Below are positions 28,029-37,770 of a DNA stretch of 64,000 nt, piece by piece. A program made the position numbers and the translations under genes. The DNA comes from Candidatus Bathyarchaeota archaeon (GTDB taxonomy: Archaea; Thermoproteota; Bathyarchaeia; Bathyarchaeales; Bathyarchaeaceae), in assembly GCA_029882515.1 (NCBI GenBank), contig JAOUKN010000001.1, positions 5,298-69,297 of the forward strand, read 5' to 3'. The notes below the pieces were generated by a model. It was given only the letters and a program-made list of their open reading frames with translations. It was not told where the DNA came from and did no database searches. Each line of letters starts with the position of its first letter. Within the stretch, counting starts at the first letter, position 1.

Positions 28029-29183
28029 TCAACGCGCGCGAGATGACTTATCCTTCTGTTGGTTTTCGTGTTTCAAATCCCAAACATTATGCATTTTATC
28101 AGGTATTCCAAGAATCATCGATATCCAAATCAGGAGAAAGAGAGCACGGGTTCCGAATACTTCGGAGAGGAGTCGAGAAGAATCTGAGAAATCTGTTGTG
28201 TTGATAGTAAAGTTTGGATTTTCGTTTTGCCATAGAACGGTTCCTGAAGGGAGAGTTTGACCGTTATAGAAGAAGACAACCTCGTATGGATTTTCAAGCG
28301 GATTTTGATAATATTGCGCGGATACCCCATGATATAGGCATCCTCCCCACATCCAACTCCAATCAAGGTAGGAAATGTCGCCTTCTATGGACCAGGCGTT
28401 TTCAACAAGTTCCCACTCATTTTTATTGTATTTCAAAAGCCGAGGGTTCTTTAGATCTACGGACCAATAATTATTAGATATGCTTGTAGAACTTACGACT
28501 CCAAATTGGAAATATTGGACGTAGCGACTAAAGGGAAATGGTCCCACTATGCGATTGCCCACGTAGAACCATCTAAGGATAGCCTCACAACCTGGAAAAT
28601 CAGTTACACTGATGGGGGGAAGGGTAACATTGGATCCAGAGGCAGAAACTGAATAGTGAACACAGCCTTCTAAATCCAACCTTGCACACAAGGTAATAGG
28701 AGTTGCGGGGTCTATACCCAAGACCCGCCAAGTATAGGCATAAACCAATTGTTCCGTTGGCCTGTGCAGCGAAGCTTCCTCCCCTGTCTGGTGCATGCCA
28801 ACATCAAGAAAGAGATTGCCTGCTGCATCTAATACAAGCATTGTGTAGAATGCATAATCTACAAATTTTAGGTGGCTACCCTGACCTTGAACAAACATGC
28901 CACCTCCGAGCCAACTGCCAGATGGAAAATGGCTTGTGTTCGTTGAAGGAAAGCTAACGGTGATAGCTGTCGCGCGAGTTGCTCCTTTGAAAGTTTCAAG
29001 GTCCGGTGTATAGACATCGAAGCCAGCTACATAGGGCTGATTTGAATTTAATTCCATGATGTGATGGTTATCCGTGGGTATCAATTTGATGGTCTCAACG
29101 GCCTTTACATCAGAAGGGGCAATCAACAGAATGATCGCCAAAGAGATCACAAGTAGAACGAAACTGCTTATCTTCAAGAACAA
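28029..29183 (-). CDS. secreted/membrane-anchored hypothetical protein
   Basis: Signal peptide, aromatic beta-rich body, late hydrophobic segment. Confidence 0.8.
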   Translation of the reverse strand: MFLKISSFVLLVISLAIILLIAPSDVKAVETIKLIPTDNHHIMELNSNQPYVAGFDVYTPDLETFKGATRATAITVSFPSTNTSHFPSGSWLGGGMFVQGQGSHLKFVDYAFYTMLVLDAAGNLFLDVGMHQTGEEASLHRPTEQLVYAYTWRVLGIDPATPITLCARLDLEGCVHYSVSASGSNVTLPPISVTDFPGCEAILRWFYVGNRIVGPFPFSRYVQYFQFGVVSSTSISNNYWSVDLKNPRLLKYNKNEWELVENAWSIEGDISYLDWSWMWGGCLYHGVSAQYYQNPLENPYEVVFFYNGQTLPSGTVLWQNENPNFTINTTDFSDSSRLLSEVFGTRALFLLIWISMILGIPDKMHNVWDLKHENQQKDKSSRAR

Positions 29184-29262
29184 CTCCTCATTCGGTTAAA
29201 TTCAATATGGACATAAAAGAACTTCGGAATTATTTATTAGTACGTTAGCACAAACTTCTCTC

Positions 29263-29799
29263 ATGACTTCTGAATGCCCAAAATGCAGTAGAACCATTCC
29301 AGATGATTCAGTTTATTGTTCATATTGTGGGCGTGGACTCCAACCTTCGGCCAGGTCAACTCAAGTCTCGGTTGGTGGTGCTTTAATGATTGTTGCAGCG
29401 ACGGGATCCTTGCTTTTTTTCGTTCTTTCTCTCCAGGCGCTAGCAAACATTTATGATTGGTATCCACTGCTAGTCGCCCAACGTTGGTTTATCTATGATC
29501 AGGTGCACGCTGTCCTCTCGTTCTCTGGATTGTTGTTTGGGTTCTCGGGAGCTATATTATCGTTGACTCGAAAAAGCTACAATTGGACCATGGCCTCCAC
29601 AGCACTCTGCACGCTTTCAGGCGGCGCCACGTGGATTCTATCCATGATTATACCGCACTCGGATGCACTACAATCCTTTTTGTACTATTTCCTGCCTCTT
29701 TTTGTGACGGCATTTGTTGGAACTGTACTAATCTCTTTTAGAAAGGCGGAATTCAACAACAAGCCAAAAAGGGCATCACAAGCAACTGAGGAAGAATAG
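29263..29799 (+). CDS. zinc-ribbon domain membrane protein
   Basis: 'CPKC...YCSYCG' followed by four TM helices. Confidence 0.85.
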   Translation: MTSECPKCSRTIPDDSVYCSYCGRGLQPSARSTQVSVGGALMIVAATGSLLFFVLSLQALANIYDWYPLLVAQRWFIYDQVHAVLSFSGLLFGFSGAILSLTRKSYNWTMASTALCTLSGGATWILSMIIPHSDALQSFLYYFLPLFVTAFVGTVLISFRKAEFNNKPKRASQATEEE

Positions 29800-29802
29800 G
29801 GA

Positions 29803-31125
29803 TTGTATACAAAAGCGAGTTCAGGAACAATGCTGGCACTACTGTTGATAAGTTTACTAACGTCAGCGTTCAGCAGTCAACAAACTAGGTCAGAGGCTAC
29901 AACAACAATTGTTCCAGACGACTACACGAAGATACAATGGGTCATAGGTAATGCCACTGATGGAGACACCATTTTCATTAGGGCAGGGACATACTATGAA
30001 CACGTTATAATAAACAAGTCAATCTCACTTATCGGAGAGAACAAGTACAACACCATTATTGAAGGGAACGGAACTTTCAGTGCTGTTGTTCATGTCACTG
30101 CAGATAATGTCAACATCAGTGACTTCACCATACAAAACAGAAACAAAGGTGATGTAGGCATCTGGCTGGAACATTGCAGAAACTGTACAGTCAGCGGAAA
30201 CATCATAAAAGACATTGGAGCCTCCAACGGTGTAAGAGGCGTCGGAATTGCACTAGACTATTGTGAAGGTTGCACAGTTGAGAGGAATAATATCAATAAC
30301 AACAATAAAGGTGTGGTGTTAGCCTTTTCTTATGGTTGCATCGTCCACCGAAACAATGTGGACAACAATAACAAGTTTACTGGGATCGACATTCACTCAT
30401 GCAGTGAATGCATAGTCACGAGAAACATCTTGAGTAATAATGAAAATCGTGGTGTCGGAATGTACGACTCGAGTCATTGCACTCTTGGGGATAATAACAT
30501 ATCTGGTAGCAGCAAAAACTTCGGGGTGTATGGTTCCGGACTTCCTCACTTTGTACATGATATCGACGTTTCAAATACAATAAATGGTAAGCCTATAGTC
30601 TATCTGTTAAACGAAGACGATCTCACAATCAGCTCAACAACACATCCAGAAATAGGATACCTCGCAGTCGTGAATTCAACTAACATCACCGTTGAAAATT
30701 TGACCTTAAAACATAATGGAGAGGGAGTTCTGTTTGCACACACAAATGACTCTATCATAAAAAAGATAAGCACCTTCCACAACGGCTATGGTATCTATCT
30801 GGTGAATTGCGACAACAGCGCAGTCAACGAAAATACTGCAACCAACAACATTTATGGAATCCGCCTCTGGAATTCTTCTAATTGCATGGTAACCGAAAAC
30901 ACAGCGACAAACAACAATGTGGGAATCATACTTAATTTTTGCCGAAACTCTACAGTCAGCGGAAATAAAGAGCGAACAGTTTTGTTCTGGATGGAATGGT
31001 GGTTTTGGTCGATCACAGTACCAGGAATCGTAATGTTGGCCGTAGCATTCTATTTCTTTGTCCGTGCTTGGAGGAGGAAAAATTCCATCTGTTCAGTTAG
31101 GGGAACCAATAAACCGCATCCTTAA
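29803..31125 (+). CDS. NosD/pectin-lyase-like parallel beta-helix surface protein
   Basis: 'VPDDYTKIQ', 'GTYYEHV.INKSISLIGE', Asn-rich beta-helix repeats, C-terminal TM. Confidence 0.9.
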   Translation: MYTKASSGTMLALLLISLLTSAFSSQQTRSEATTTIVPDDYTKIQWVIGNATDGDTIFIRAGTYYEHVIINKSISLIGENKYNTIIEGNGTFSAVVHVTADNVNISDFTIQNRNKGDVGIWLEHCRNCTVSGNIIKDIGASNGVRGVGIALDYCEGCTVERNNINNNNKGVVLAFSYGCIVHRNNVDNNNKFTGIDIHSCSECIVTRNILSNNENRGVGMYDSSHCTLGDNNISGSSKNFGVYGSGLPHFVHDIDVSNTINGKPIVYLLNEDDLTISSTTHPEIGYLAVVNSTNITVENLTLKHNGEGVLFAHTNDSIIKKISTFHNGYGIYLVNCDNSAVNENTATNNIYGIRLWNSSNCMVTENTATNNNVGIILNFCRNSTVSGNKERTVLFWMEWWFWSITVPGIVMLAVAFYFFVRAWRRKNSICSVRGTNKPHP

Positions 31126-31251
31126 ATAATCTATTTTTGTGTGTGTGCAAAACAGAAAAAGGAATTTTGCGAGAGACATCTCCGTCTCTCACATTTATTA
31201 GGCGAAAAGCTTTTCCTTACTACGAGATTAACTGCTGAAGAGGATGAATAC

Positions 31252-31590
31252 TTGCGAGACGCCTCTCTGATCGACCTTGCAGTCGTCTATTTCCGGCAAA
31301 GAGGCTACAAAATACAGAAAGACACGTTCTTTGAAGGCTTCTCGGGACTTCCACGCAGTTTTGATCTACTTATTCGTAAAGGGAAGGAGCAGCACCTGGT
31401 TTGGATCAGAAATTGGAAACGAACCGTGGGCGTCAACATGGTCATCAGCATGGATAGGGCATGTGACGATGTGGACATCCCTAACCCCATCATGATCTCT
31501 GACAAATTTAGCGGTCACGCCAAAGCATATGCTAATCGCCGCGGTGTTACTTTGCTCACAAAACGTCAAATCGCCCGAGGAGTACGATAG
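31252..31590 (+). CDS. restriction endonuclease-like (Mrr-type PD-(D/E)XK fold) protein
   Basis: 'EGFSGLPRSFDLLI', 'FSGHAKAYANRRGVTLL'; TTG start after GAGGATGA. Confidence 0.75.
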   Translation: MRDASLIDLAVVYFRQRGYKIQKDTFFEGFSGLPRSFDLLIRKGKEQHLVWIRNWKRTVGVNMVISMDRACDDVDIPNPIMISDKFSGHAKAYANRRGVTLLTKRQIARGVR

Positions 31591-31652
31591 GTGAATGCAT
31601 GCACTCTTTTGATTCGACTAAAAATACGACATCATCTTCATAGATAACTGCA

Positions 31653-32300
31653 TCAACCTTTATGTGTGCCCAACATCCGTCTTAAACCTGCACGGAATTC
31701 CCACGCGCCAATAGCGCTTCCTATGAGAGTAAGAGCGTACGCCCCAAAAATGGAGAACCCAAGTAACATATTCATTAGGACGCTCCTGTGAATTGAAAGG
31801 AAGAGTGGGACATTGTTACTGAGGATCGAAAGAGGAAATGTAAGTCTACTTATTAAGAGTAGTGGGATGCCTACAAGCGTCAAATAGTGCCATCCTCTAG
31901 ACCTAGCCGTGAGTCCTATCAACATCAGCGAAATACCTATGAGAACAAGACATGATCCTAACCAAAGGATGTTGAAGTAATATGCCCCGGTAAGAAGTGA
32001 ACGAAACCCAGGTGGATGAAACAGGAACCCTAAGGCCCCCAGAAACCCTCCTACAAACCCTATTGAGCACAGCTCGTTGGAACGCTTGACAGAGGATACT
32101 AGACCAAGGAGACCGCCAATGGTTGAGATAAGCATTCCAAACGTGAAACCATGAATCTGAAATGAGAAATCCCCAAAACCGATCACAGGGGGTCCCATGC
32201 CTAGAGGAGGAAAGTAAACCGTTATGTAAGCCAAACCTCGAACGAACGCACTGAACAAACCGAAAATCACCGTCATGATCCCACCAAGAAACACAAACAA
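31653..32300 (-). CDS. multi-pass membrane protein
   Basis: Gly/Leu-rich, about six TM segments; start uncertain. Confidence 0.65.
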   Translation of the reverse strand: MFVFLGGIMTVIFGLFSAFVRGLAYITVYFPPLGMGPPVIGFGDFSFQIHGFTFGMLISTIGGLLGLVSSVKRSNELCSIGFVGGFLGALGFLFHPPGFRSLLTGAYYFNILWLGSCLVLIGISLMLIGLTARSRGWHYLTLVGIPLLLISRLTFPLSILSNNVPLFLSIHRSVLMNMLLGFSIFGAYALTLIGSAIGAWEFRAGLRRMLGTHKG

Positions 32301-32962
32301 TCGGAAATACGAAATCCTAGAACACCCTCCTCAAATTGTAATTGTATACGTATTTTTCTTAAGAATGTTTCGAATACCATGCGTGTCCATAATGTCAAAA
32401 CATCATGAACTGCGCTTCACTGGAAATCCGTATCATTCATGGCAACAGTCGTCACTGTTCTATTACATCTTTTCTGAACCAACTACAAAAGAGAAATAAG
32501 CCCCATTTCCTGAGACTAAATTTCCGCCGAGAACAGACACCCTGAAAAAACTTACCCCTACCACTGCACCGATGCAACCGTCATCACCTACCCACTACAA
32601 AAACGAGTGCACTTGCTGCTCTTTTCGAGCGCGCACAAGTTCAAACCAACAATTCGTATATCGCATCCACATCAAAGCATTACTCTGACCGTTTCCTAAA
32701 TCCTTGTTATGCTCTCATTTTTCCGTGAGTTCGATTCCTTCCAAATTGAATAGTTTCTTTGGAGAATATTCATGCCGTAGGAGTACCCCTTTTTAGAATT
32801 CGCTTCCTCAAGAGTCCTGTTGATGAACGTAGGTTGCGACAGCTATAAATTGACTGAATGCCCATCTGGGTGTTTCATGCTTATAGAAATAAATTCCATA
32901 AACGTTTAAGATGCACGCATACCTTCAAAAATATAGTCAAAGCACCTGAGAGAGAATCGGAC

Positions 32963-35317
32963 TTGAGAACCGCCTCACTATGTGGACTAGTCTTTCTCAT
33001 CATACTAGCATTCAGTATGATGCCGATCGTCAAATGTCCTCCCGCTACAAGCATCTACTTAGAGCCCTCACACTACACCTTCGATTCAAGCGTCGTCTCA
33101 ATCGGCCACAAATTCAACATAACGGTGAAAGCCGACGAAGTTGCAGATCTTGTCGCTTGGGAGGTGAGAATGTACTTCAACGATAGCATCATAAACGTAA
33201 CCCGCTGGTTCGAACCAACATGGGACTCCGAGTACGTATTCTATAACGCAACAACATTTGGCGCACCCATCCAACCAGACTGCGCGTATTACCATGTAGG
33301 TCCCGATAACGGATCCCTCCAAGTTGCCGCGATTCTACTTCCTCTGCCCCCAGTCCAATCCTCCTTCAGCGGGAGCGGGATGCTATGCATACTGGAGTTC
33401 ACAATAACCGCGGTTCCTTCCGAAGAGGAGACCCTGTCCTGCCTGTTAAACATCAACAACCCAGACACTTTTCTCCTCTTCTCGAATGGCAGCATCGTAC
33501 CCAACGTTACCGAAGAAAACGGATACTATGCGTTACATCCCCCTGCGCCTCCGAATATGTATACGCTTACAATCACGGCAACTTCTGGAGGAACCACAGA
33601 TCCATTGCCTGGTGAATCTAGCTACTTGGATGGAACGCAAGTTCAAGTCTCAGCGATTCCTGATGCCAACAACCTATTTGACCATTGGGAATTAGACGGA
33701 GGAAATGCCGGCACCACTAACCCAATTGAAGTTACGATGGATTCAAATCACACCCTACATGCAAGTTTCACCCTACTCACATACGATTTAACATTGTCGG
33801 CTACTGCAGGTGGAACAACAGACCCCACACCAGGAACCTATACCCATACTAATGGAACTGTGGAGTCCGTCACTGCCACGCCTAATATCAACCACAAATT
33901 TGAATATTGGGTTCTAGATGCTGCCAACGCGGGTTCTGATAATCCAATCGACATTCTGATGGATTCCGACCATGATTTGCAGGCTGTCTTCACTGAACTT
34001 TCGTACCAGTTGACGATTGCAGTGTCTACTGATGGCACTACTGATCCCGAACCCGGCAACTACACCTACGTGAACGGAACAGTCGTCTCCGTGACGGCAA
34101 TTCCTGATGCAAACTATGTTTTCGATCACTGGGAGCTCGACGAAACTAACATAGGCACAAACAATCCAACTGACGTTCTCATGGACGCGAATCACACGCT
34201 GTTAGCAGTTTTCACTTCATACACATACACCCTTACAATTACCGCCACCGCCGGAGGATCCACGGATCCAACTCTAGGATCTTATAACTACTCTGCTGGA
34301 TCTTCTGCAACTGTAGTTGCAAATCCAAATTCAAATTACTTGTTTGATTACTGGCTACTCGATGAAGAAGAAACAAATGAGAATCCAATAACCGTTCAAA
34401 TGGACGCAAATCACACTTTACATGCCGTTTTCACACTCTTAACTTACGAATTAACAATCACCGTTACACAAGGTGGGACAACCAATCCCTCCCCAGGAAC
34501 CTATACATACACTAACGGAACAACAGTGTCAGTGACATCAATTTCCTTCACAGGGTACGAATTTGTCTACTGGGAGCTCGATGGAATAAATGTCGGATCC
34601 GACAATCCATACGAAATACTTGTCGATAGCAACAGTTCGTTGCATGCTGTTTTTGACCCGACACGCTACTACTTAACGATTAACGCTGTTGAACGGCCAT
34701 CAGGAACCACCGATCCTTCTGCAGGAACCTATGAACATTTTGCCGACACCTCATTGAGTGTAATTGCTTCTCCTGATTCTGGCTTCTCCTTTGATTATTG
34801 GTTACTCGATGGTGAAAAAAGAAGCGAAAACCCCATTGCCATAGTCATGGATATGAATCATACGCTGACACCTTGCTTCGTCGACGACATCCCGCCAGAA
34901 ATAGGCAATCCGCTACAGAGACCGCCCAATGATGTTATGACATATCAAAATGTAACCGTTACAGCTAACGTTACAGATCTTGGCACGGGGATACACAACG
35001 TAACTCTATGGTATAGCATCAACGGCGGAACAACTTGGACACCTTTAGACATGAGTGAAATCTCTGCGAACACGTACGAAGCAACAATTCCTGGATGTGG
35101 AAACTGTACTTGGGTGAGTTACAGAATTACCGCTTATGACAACAACGGGAACTCGGCGGCAAAAGGCGATTATGGATATTACTGCCTGCGTGAACATGCC
35201 TATGCAGCCAGATCAAACAGATCGATTGTATTTCTCGTTGGAGCATTGGTAATAATTTTTGCGGGTGCTTTTCTGATCTTCTTAAACGCAACGCGTGTGC
35301 TTATAGATGAAAATTGA
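32963..35317 (+). CDS. surface protein: cohesin-like domain, six InlB-B/Listeria-Bacteroides-type repeats, C-terminal TM anchor
   Basis: 'FNITVKADEVADLVAWEVRMYFN...SGSGMLCILEF'; six about 75-aa repeats 'YxLTI...GGTTDP.PG...FD.W.LD...NP....MD.NHTL.A.F'. Confidence 0.88.
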   Translation: MRTASLCGLVFLIILAFSMMPIVKCPPATSIYLEPSHYTFDSSVVSIGHKFNITVKADEVADLVAWEVRMYFNDSIINVTRWFEPTWDSEYVFYNATTFGAPIQPDCAYYHVGPDNGSLQVAAILLPLPPVQSSFSGSGMLCILEFTITAVPSEEETLSCLLNINNPDTFLLFSNGSIVPNVTEENGYYALHPPAPPNMYTLTITATSGGTTDPLPGESSYLDGTQVQVSAIPDANNLFDHWELDGGNAGTTNPIEVTMDSNHTLHASFTLLTYDLTLSATAGGTTDPTPGTYTHTNGTVESVTATPNINHKFEYWVLDAANAGSDNPIDILMDSDHDLQAVFTELSYQLTIAVSTDGTTDPEPGNYTYVNGTVVSVTAIPDANYVFDHWELDETNIGTNNPTDVLMDANHTLLAVFTSYTYTLTITATAGGSTDPTLGSYNYSAGSSATVVANPNSNYLFDYWLLDEEETNENPITVQMDANHTLHAVFTLLTYELTITVTQGGTTNPSPGTYTYTNGTTVSVTSISFTGYEFVYWELDGINVGSDNPYEILVDSNSSLHAVFDPTRYYLTINAVERPSGTTDPSAGTYEHFADTSLSVIASPDSGFSFDYWLLDGEKRSENPIAIVMDMNHTLTPCFVDDIPPEIGNPLQRPPNDVMTYQNVTVTANVTDLGTGIHNVTLWYSINGGTTWTPLDMSEISANTYEATIPGCGNCTWVSYRITAYDNNGNSAAKGDYGYYCLREHAYAARSNRSIVFLVGALVIIFAGAFLIFLNATRVLIDEN

Positions 35318-35321
35318 AGTG

Positions 35322-35906
35322 TTATATTCTCAAAAATTCGTGCAGTCGGTTTTCCACTTCCAATTTTCCTAACCAGTCAACTATCCCTACTCGACACTGC
35401 TCTTTCCCATGCAGAATCGAAATCATCTGTTTCACAGTGTCCTCAACGTTTCTGCTGCTGATATCAATCTCACAAACCTTCTCCGAACCACACGCTGATA
35501 TAGCATCCCATAAACAAACATCCAATATTTCTGCGGCAAGGTTCTCCCAAAGTTTCTCTTTTCGAAAACCACGACTCTCCAAGATTTTCTTCAGTTCCTC
35601 AGGGGTCCGCCTCAGAACAAAGACCGCGTGAACATTGTTTGGTGAAACAACATCCATCGCATAGTGACCATCAATTACAACGTAACGTTCAGAACTTTCC
35701 AGTATTTGGCTCACTCTTTGTGCGATTTTTCCAATGTCGGCAATCAATGTGTCTCTCGCTTTGTCTGCACTGAGTATTAGGTTTTCTTTCCTAGCGAGTT
35801 CTGCCAGATTGATGTACAGAGCATCTATTTTAGAAGTTAGTAGTTTAGACACAACAGTCTTTCCTACCCCTGGTGTTCCTACAACTAAGACCGCATGTTT
35901 CGACAG
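35322..35906 (-). CDS. adenylate kinase, AK6/Fap7-like; probable CTG start
   Basis: P-loop GTPGVGKT lies upstream of the ORF-track start in the same frame; 'IDGH', 'ENLAAEILD'. Confidence 0.9.
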   Translation of the reverse strand: MSKHAVLVVGTPGVGKTVVSKLLTSKIDALYINLAELARKENLILSADKARDTLIADIGKIAQRVSQILESSERYVVIDGHYAMDVVSPNNVHAVFVLRRTPEELKKILESRGFRKEKLWENLAAEILDVCLWDAISACGSEKVCEIDISSRNVEDTVKQMISILHGKEQCRVGIVDWLGKLEVENRLHEFLRI

Positions 35907-36082
35907 CCAACGTCACCTAACCATAGAAATTGGTCTTTTCAAATATAACACTACACATCTCCACTTCACGGTGGAACCAAATCTACGGTCAACATCACAA
36001 GCCGGGCATAATGAAAGAACGATTCATAAAACCCAAGCAGTCTTATAGTTATTCCTAGTAAAGCACCATTAGGGGAAATGAC

Positions 36083-37102
36083 GTGCCGAACGAGATTCGG
36101 AAAGATTACCTTTTAGATCGTTGGGTAATAATTGCAGGTGAAAGGGCTAAACGACCCACAGATTTCCGAGCTAAAACTTCTGCTGAAGAGACCGAAACTA
36201 AAACGAAAAATTGTCCTTTCTGCCCCGGAAATGAGAAGATGACTCCTCCGGCTGTTCTTCTCTATCTACCTAACAATAACGGTATAAGGAAAGATACAGA
36301 TCACAACGGTGAACGAAGAAAAGACTGGCTTGTCAGGTGCATTCCAAACCTTTATCCCGCCCTTACTTCTCGAAGACCGGTTGCCCTAACCAGCAATGAA
36401 ACGTTCAAAAGAATCGATGGTGTAGGAGTTCATGAGGTCATAATCGAGTCACCTCGACACACTGAACATCCGGATAAGGCTCCACTCGAGCAGGTTGAAT
36501 TAGTGATACAAGCCTACGTAGACAGACTGAAGAGCCTTTCCCGATGGAACTATGTTTCCATTTTTAGAAATCACAGAAAAGAAGCAGGCGCATCTCTTTC
36601 TCATGCACACAGTCAGATAATAGCCACTCCCATGATTCCCAAAACAATCTCGGATAAACTCATTGCTGTAAAGGCGAAGTATCAACGAACGGGCGTATGT
36701 CCCTATTGCAAGATAATCGAGTCGGAGCGAAACGGGCCCCGTTACATATTTGCAAACGAAAGCTTTATTGCGTTTACACCTTGGGCCAGTGTCTATCCTT
36801 TCGAGTTTTGGCTTTTCCCAACGAGACATCAGCAAACTTTACTGCACCTGCAAAATGGCGAGAAAAAAGATTTAGCGAACGCACTAAGAACGTGTCTCAA
36901 CAGTCTCGCAAAAATCCTTAATGATCCCCCGTACTGTTATGGTTTCCACATTGCACCCACTGGAGAAGACTATGAGTATTTCCATTGGCATCTTGAAGTA
37001 TATCCTAAGCTCACTATTCAGGCAGGATTCGAGATCAGCACTGGCATGTTCATCAATGTCACCCCTCCAGAAATAGCCGCTGAAAACTTGAGAAAAACCT
37101 AA
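36083..37102 (+). CDS. galT: galactose-1-phosphate uridylyltransferase
   Basis: 'RAKRP', 'CPFCPGNE', 'HEVIIESP', 'GASLSHAHSQ'. Confidence 0.95.
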   Translation: MPNEIRKDYLLDRWVIIAGERAKRPTDFRAKTSAEETETKTKNCPFCPGNEKMTPPAVLLYLPNNNGIRKDTDHNGERRKDWLVRCIPNLYPALTSRRPVALTSNETFKRIDGVGVHEVIIESPRHTEHPDKAPLEQVELVIQAYVDRLKSLSRWNYVSIFRNHRKEAGASLSHAHSQIIATPMIPKTISDKLIAVKAKYQRTGVCPYCKIIESERNGPRYIFANESFIAFTPWASVYPFEFWLFPTRHQQTLLHLQNGEKKDLANALRTCLNSLAKILNDPPYCYGFHIAPTGEDYEYFHWHLEVYPKLTIQAGFEISTGMFINVTPPEIAAENLRKT

Positions 37103-37227
37103 TCAAACAAACCTTCATAAGCAAAGATGCAGACGGAGAGAGGCATGTCAAATGCACACATGAAAAGCATGCGATACATGCACAATATGTTTATATTCAC
37201 AAATTCCCAGTTTTCAATTGAGATCAG

Positions 37228-37770
37228 ATGGCAATAAAAGGTCAAACATTACTGCTTCTAATGGCTTTCCTGTTACTGTTGGCCGCCAGTGCACTATCAA
37301 TTAGCTATCAGGTTAACCAGTTATCACATCTTGAACTAGAGTATTCTGACATGGAAAAGCAAGTTTCAAACCTGATGAAAGAGTGGGACGCCCTAACCTT
37401 CGAGAGATGGTTGCTTCATGATTTGGGAACATATCCAAGAAACTCTTCTCCTCTAGAAACGACCGAGAGCATCCAAATTCTCACGTTTTACTTCAACGAT
37501 GTTTCAATAGAAAACCTGACGTCAAGATTTGACCCATTGGCCGGAACTTTCAACGTAACGGTTGCGTATCTAGATCTTGGAAATCAAACAAACGTTAGCA
37601 CATTTGAAGACATATGCAACGAAACTGGCTTTCCTGAGCCAAATCCTTCACAAAGTTACATGCTTTTCTTAAACTCAAGCAAGATAATACGTTTGAAACT
37701 AGAACAAGTTGACGACGAGGTGTTTAGCAAATGCGTGGGATATCTAAGTTTGTCAAATCCGAGAATCTGA
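37228..37770 (+). CDS. membrane-anchored hypothetical protein
   Basis: Signal/TM, short coiled coil, globular domain; overlaps next gene. Confidence 0.65.
   Translation: MAIKGQTLLLLMAFLLLLAASALSISYQVNQLSHLELEYSDMEKQVSNLMKEWDALTFERWLLHDLGTYPRNSSPLETTESIQILTFYFNDVSIENLTSRFDPLAGTFNVTVAYLDLGNQTNVSTFEDICNETGFPEPNPSQSYMLFLNSSKIIRLKLEQVDDEVFSKCVGYLSLSNPRI

Noticed and set aside
33558..34880. Regularly spaced repeats as a CRISPR array
   Set aside because: They are in-frame, about 225-bp degenerate protein domain repeats.
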